In this document: positions 55,212-58,622 of the stretch, in pieces
Position numbering within the stretch: position 1 is the first letter of the stretch
Layout of the letters: each line of letters starts with the position of its first letter
Source of the DNA: Cytophagales bacterium
Lineage (GTDB): Bacteria; Bacteroidota; Bacteroidia; Cytophagales; Cyclobacteriaceae
Direction of reading: 5' to 3'
Assembly: GCA_005788235.1 (NCBI GenBank)
Contig: SXYU01000023.1
Location: forward strand, 1 to 58,622
Length of the DNA stretch: 58,622 bases
Made by a program: the position numbers and the translations under genes
Notes under the pieces: model-generated
The model's input: only the letters and a program-made list of their open reading frames with translations
What the model was told of the DNA's origin: nothing
Database searches by the model: none

Positions 55212-57326
55212 TTAGTCCGGTAAGGCAAAAGCCACATAAGCATCTCCGCTTTTGGTCCCTTTCCCACCTCCACAAGCGATAACAAGGAATTGTTTTCCAT
55301 TTCTTTCATACACTGCTGGAGTAGCATGTCCTGCAGCTGGAAGCTGTGCTTCCCAAAGGAGTTTGCCAGTCTCTTTATCAAAAGCTCGGATTTTTTCATC
55401 CTTCGTGGCTGCGATAAAGACGAGGCCACCTGCGGTAACCACAGGTCCTCCGTAATTTTCGATGCCCGTATTTTCCATTCCTTGTGCCTTTAACGAATCG
55501 ATAGACCCTAGAGGAATTTGCCATTTTTTCAAGCCTGTCTTCATATCGATGGCAGTCAGTAGTCCCCAAGGAGGATTGGAACCATAAATTCCCTGTTTGG
55601 TGGTCAGCCGTTTGTATCCCTTCATGTAGTAGCGGGGGTAGAGTTTGGAGTTTTGGGTTTCCAGTTCTTTTTTGTTTTCTTCATCGGCTTTACCTAGCAG
55701 GTAATCCACTAAAATCCCTCTTTCCTCTGCTGAAATATGCGAAAATGAAGGCATAGCGCCCTGTCCTTTTTGTAGGAGTAGACTGAGCGATTCAGCAGAA
55801 TAGGTTTCTTTCAAATCGATCAAACTTGGAATGGAAGGGGGATTGCCCTTTCTGTCCAAGCCATGACAACTGCCACAGTAATTGGTGTAAATGGATTGCC
55901 CCACCTTACCAAAGCTGGCATTTGGAGTCATTTCGATAAGCCAAGGAACTTGATTGGCATTGACAAAAAGTGTTTGTGATTCGGGATCAAAGGAAGCGCC
56001 TCCCCATTCTCCCCCTCCATCCATCCCTGGAAAAAGCACGAGTGACTTTTCCGGATGTGGAGGTGCCCAGGTGTCCCCAAAAATGGCATTTGAAAGCTGG
56101 CTACGGATATCTGTTTCCCATTCAGGGCTTAAATTTAGAATGTTTTTTTCCTCATAAACCAAGTTCATAAACGGTTCAGGCAAGGAGGGGATGGGTTGGG
56201 TTTTCGAACTTACCTCCCCTGGCATTTGGGTTTGGCTAATGGGAGTTTCAACGATTGGCCAGACAGGTTTTCCAGTTTCCCGATCAAAAACGTAGGTATA
56301 ACCTTGTTTGGAAATTTGTGCCACAGCATCGATCCATTTCCCATCTTTTTGGATTCGGATCAGATTGGGATTGGCTGGAAAATCTCTGTCCCACACGTCG
56401 TGGTGAACTGCCTGAAAATGCCAGATTCGCTTTCCTGTCTGGGCATCAAGAGCCAAAAGTGAGTTGGCATACAGATTGTCTCCATTTCGGTAGCCACCCC
56501 AAAAATCATAGGTGGCCGAACCAGTCGGCACAAAAATGATCCCCCTAGCATAATCCACGGTCATTCCTGCCCAGTTGTTGGCTCCGCCCATATTCGGGAT
56601 GTATTTCGGGTCCCAGGTTTCATAGCCCTCCTCACCGGCTTGTGGGATGGTATGGAAAATCCATTCCCGCTTCCCAGTTTTTACATTGTAAGCTCGGATA
56701 TGTCCGGGTGCTGCATCTAGTCCCTCAGACAGACGCATTCCCAGAATCAATTTGTCTTCAAAAACAACTCCGGGAGAATTGGATACAATCAGAAAATCTT
56801 CCAAGTCGGTATCTAGACCTTTCCGAAGATCCACTTTTCCTTGATCCCCAAAAGTCAAGATTGGCTCCCCTGTACCGGCATTTAGTGCCATCAACCAGTT
56901 GCCAGCTGTAAATAATATACGCTTTTCATTCCCCTCCGCCCAATAGCTCACCCCACGGTTGGTACCTGCCCAGGAATTCTCACCTCCCAACACCATAAAC
57001 GGATCAAAACGCCAAATCTCCTCTCCTGTAGCCGCATTCAGTGCAAAAACATCCAGTTTGGGCGTGGTGCCGTAAAGCAGGTCGCCCACGAGGATGGGTT
57101 GGCATTGAATCTGACTTCGCTCCGTGGCGTCACCGGTGTGGTAAGTCCATGCTACTTGGAGTTGAGATACGTTTTCTTTGTTGATTTGGGTCAATGCCGA
57201 ATACCTCGAACCATCTTCAGGCCCGCCATAATGGGACCAGTCTGTATAGTCTATTTCCCGGGCCTTTTGGCTACAGGAGAATGTAAATAGGCAGAGGACG
57301 ACAAAAAGAGATTTATTGAAGACCAT
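55212..57326 (-). CDS. PQQ-dependent (glucose/quinate-type) dehydrogenase lipoprotein with internal cytochrome c domain
   Basis: Lipobox TFSC; RYSALTQINKENV..L..AW.Y.TG, GGANNWAG, WHFQAVHHDVWDRD, GGGEWGG, ENYGGPVVTAGGLVFI; heme motif CGSCH with downstream MP. Confidence 0.88.
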   Translation of the reverse strand: MVFNKSLFVVLCLFTFSCSQKAREIDYTDWSHYGGPEDGSRYSALTQINKENVSQLQVAWTYHTGDATERSQIQCQPILVGDLLYGTTPKLDVFALNAATGEEIWRFDPFMVLGGENSWAGTNRGVSYWAEGNEKRILFTAGNWLMALNAGTGEPILTFGDQGKVDLRKGLDTDLEDFLIVSNSPGVVFEDKLILGMRLSEGLDAAPGHIRAYNVKTGKREWIFHTIPQAGEEGYETWDPKYIPNMGGANNWAGMTVDYARGIIFVPTGSATYDFWGGYRNGDNLYANSLLALDAQTGKRIWHFQAVHHDVWDRDFPANPNLIRIQKDGKWIDAVAQISKQGYTYVFDRETGKPVWPIVETPISQTQMPGEVSSKTQPIPSLPEPFMNLVYEEKNILNLSPEWETDIRSQLSNAIFGDTWAPPHPEKSLVLFPGMDGGGEWGGASFDPESQTLFVNANQVPWLIEMTPNASFGKVGQSIYTNYCGSCHGLDRKGNPPSIPSLIDLKETYSAESLSLLLQKGQGAMPSFSHISAEERGILVDYLLGKADEENKKELETQNSKLYPRYYMKGYKRLTTKQGIYGSNPPWGLLTAIDMKTGLKKWQIPLGSIDSLKAQGMENTGIENYGGPVVTAGGLVFIAATKDEKIRAFDKETGKLLWEAQLPAAGHATPAVYERNGKQFLVIACGGGKGTKSGDAYVAFALPD

Positions 57327-57446
57327 TTGGGTGAATTTGGAGTCTAAGAATGGAAGTTTTTGAATTACACCAAATTAGACATAAAAAATCAAATCCGCAG
57401 CACCTTTTTTCTGGAGCCTCAAGGGTTGGATTACCCATTAAATCGA

Positions 57447-58622
57447 CTAAATAAGCGTTATCCTAACCTTTTTCTCTTTTAGTTTTTGATTGTTGACCTT
57501 GGGCAGAACCTGCTCTAGAACAGCTGATTTTACCGCAACAAAAGCACAATCGACCTTCAGTTCAATTGTTCCAAGTTCGGCTGCATGGATCCCCCCTTGT
57601 TTAAAAAAGAAGCCTGCAATATCCCCCTTCGAAATTTTATCCTTTCTTCCTCCTGAAATCAGTAAGGTGCTCCAAGGCGAGGCAACGGGTAGGGTGGAGG
57701 GAAGCAATTTTTCAAGTTCCGGCTTTCCTGCAAAATCAGGAAGGGATTCTTTTTCGTACTGCAAGATGTAGGCAGTTCCTTGGCTATTCATCCGTGCCGT
57801 ACGCCCATTTCGATGGATAAACTCCTCTGCTCGGAGAGGGAGATGGTAGTGGATGATGAAGTCGAGCTCTGGTACATCAATTCCTCGTGCGGCCAAGTCT
57901 GTAGCAAGGAGTAGTGGGTAAGTACCATTTCTAAATTTGATTAGGGATCGTTCCCGATCAATCTGCTCCATACCTCCAAAAAAAATTCCATGGGAAATGC
58001 CTTTTTCGCTTAGGAATTCACTTACCCGTTGGATGGAGTCCTTGAAATTGCAAAAGATGATGCCATTCTTCGACCCCAGCTGACCGAGTAATTGTCCGAG
58101 GGTTTCGAGCCTATCTTTGGTAGGGCAAAATACCTTTTTGACTTGGAGATGGGAAATTTTATCACCAAGGAAATCTAGGATTTGTGGAGATTTTAGTCCT
58201 ACGAAACCGGGAATTTCCACCCCTTGTGTGGCTGAGGTTAGAATTTTTCGGCCCACTCGTGGCAGCGCCTGGAGGATGTCTCGCATTTCTCCTTCAAAGC
58301 CTATCTCTAGGGATTTGTCAAATTCATCTAAGACCAGGCTCTGAATATAGGTGGTGTCAAAGGCTCCTCTTCTCAGGTGGTCAGCCACTCGTCCCGGAGT
58401 GCCGACGAGCACTGCAGGGCGGTGTTTGATTTCCATCCGGTCCTTTGAGCCTGCTCTCCCTCCGTAGACGGCATTTACTTTAAAGCCTGTTCCCATCTTC
58501 CGAACTACCTGCTCGATTTGGATGGCCAGCTCCCGGGAAGGAACCAAAATTAAAAGTTGAACCTCCTCACATGCGGGATCGAGTCGCATAAGCAGTGGCA
58601 GAAGAAAAGCCAAGGTCTTCCC
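57447..58622 (-). CDS. dbpA: DEAD-box RNA helicase with DbpA-type C-terminal RNA-binding domain; 5' end lies outside the window
   Basis: Frame is open to the window edge (..GKTLAF); PSRELA, GTPGR, DEFD, SAT, ARGID, HRNGRTAR, GGRKDKISKGDI. Confidence 0.85.
   Translation of the reverse strand, partial: GKTLAFLLPLLMRLDPACEEVQLLILVPSRELAIQIEQVVRKMGTGFKVNAVYGGRAGSKDRMEIKHRPAVLVGTPGRVADHLRRGAFDTTYIQSLVLDEFDKSLEIGFEGEMRDILQALPRVGRKILTSATQGVEIPGFVGLKSPQILDFLGDKISHLQVKKVFCPTKDRLETLGQLLGQLGSKNGIIFCNFKDSIQRVSEFLSEKGISHGIFFGGMEQIDRERSLIKFRNGTYPLLLATDLAARGIDVPELDFIIHYHLPLRAEEFIHRNGRTARMNSQGTAYILQYEKESLPDFAGKPELEKLLPSTLPVASPWSTLLISGGRKDKISKGDIAGFFFKQGGIHAAELGTIELKVDCAFVAVKSAVLEQVLPKVNNQKLKEKKVRITLI

Noticed and set aside
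58316-58327. DEFD instead of DEAD in the helicase motif II
   Set aside because: A known tolerated DExD variant; the other helicase motifs are intact, so it is not a pseudogene signal.
87-58429. Numerous 60-210-aa ORFs antisense or out of frame to the annotated genes (e.g. 6366-6989, 39268-39750, 46834-47295, 47306-47752)
   Set aside because: Almost all lie wholly or largely within well-supported genes and lack recognisable motifs; these are typical shadow ORFs.

Overview
A 58.6-kb chromosomal window from a Bacteroidota organism. SusC/SusD, PorT, DUF4290-murA and TAnnTTTG promoter boxes indicate the phylum; a Cytophagales/Cyclobacteriaceae-like origin is my inference. The window holds about 41 CDSs, and I saw no rRNA, tRNA, CRISPR array or transposase. 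Housekeeping genes include murA, pcrA/uvrD, an LpxL-type acyltransferase, gmk, nadD, menG, yihA, rnhA, murF and a partial DbpA-type helicase. The standout is a 17.5-kb divergent locus (15056-32605): a SusC/SusD pair, three ~1100-aa FG-GAP/ASPIC-UnbV (CRTAC1-like) lipoproteins, an unknown lipoprotein and a vanadium haloperoxidase/PAP2 lipoprotein, with no glycoside hydrolase or regulator. Other points of interest are a signal-peptide-bearing MTA/SAH nucleosidase coupled to a purine permease, a Tat-exported NIF3/DUF34 protein, and an IlvD/Edd-SDR-ADC-SDR catabolic run. A SigR/RsrA-like ECF pair is coupled to gmk-nadD. Several intergenic REP-like palindrome families are present, one with an apparent 11-nt insertion that creates a GC-rich palindrome. 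All family calls come from motif recognition by eye; no database searches were run. Several starts were moved downstream of those in the supplied ORF track.
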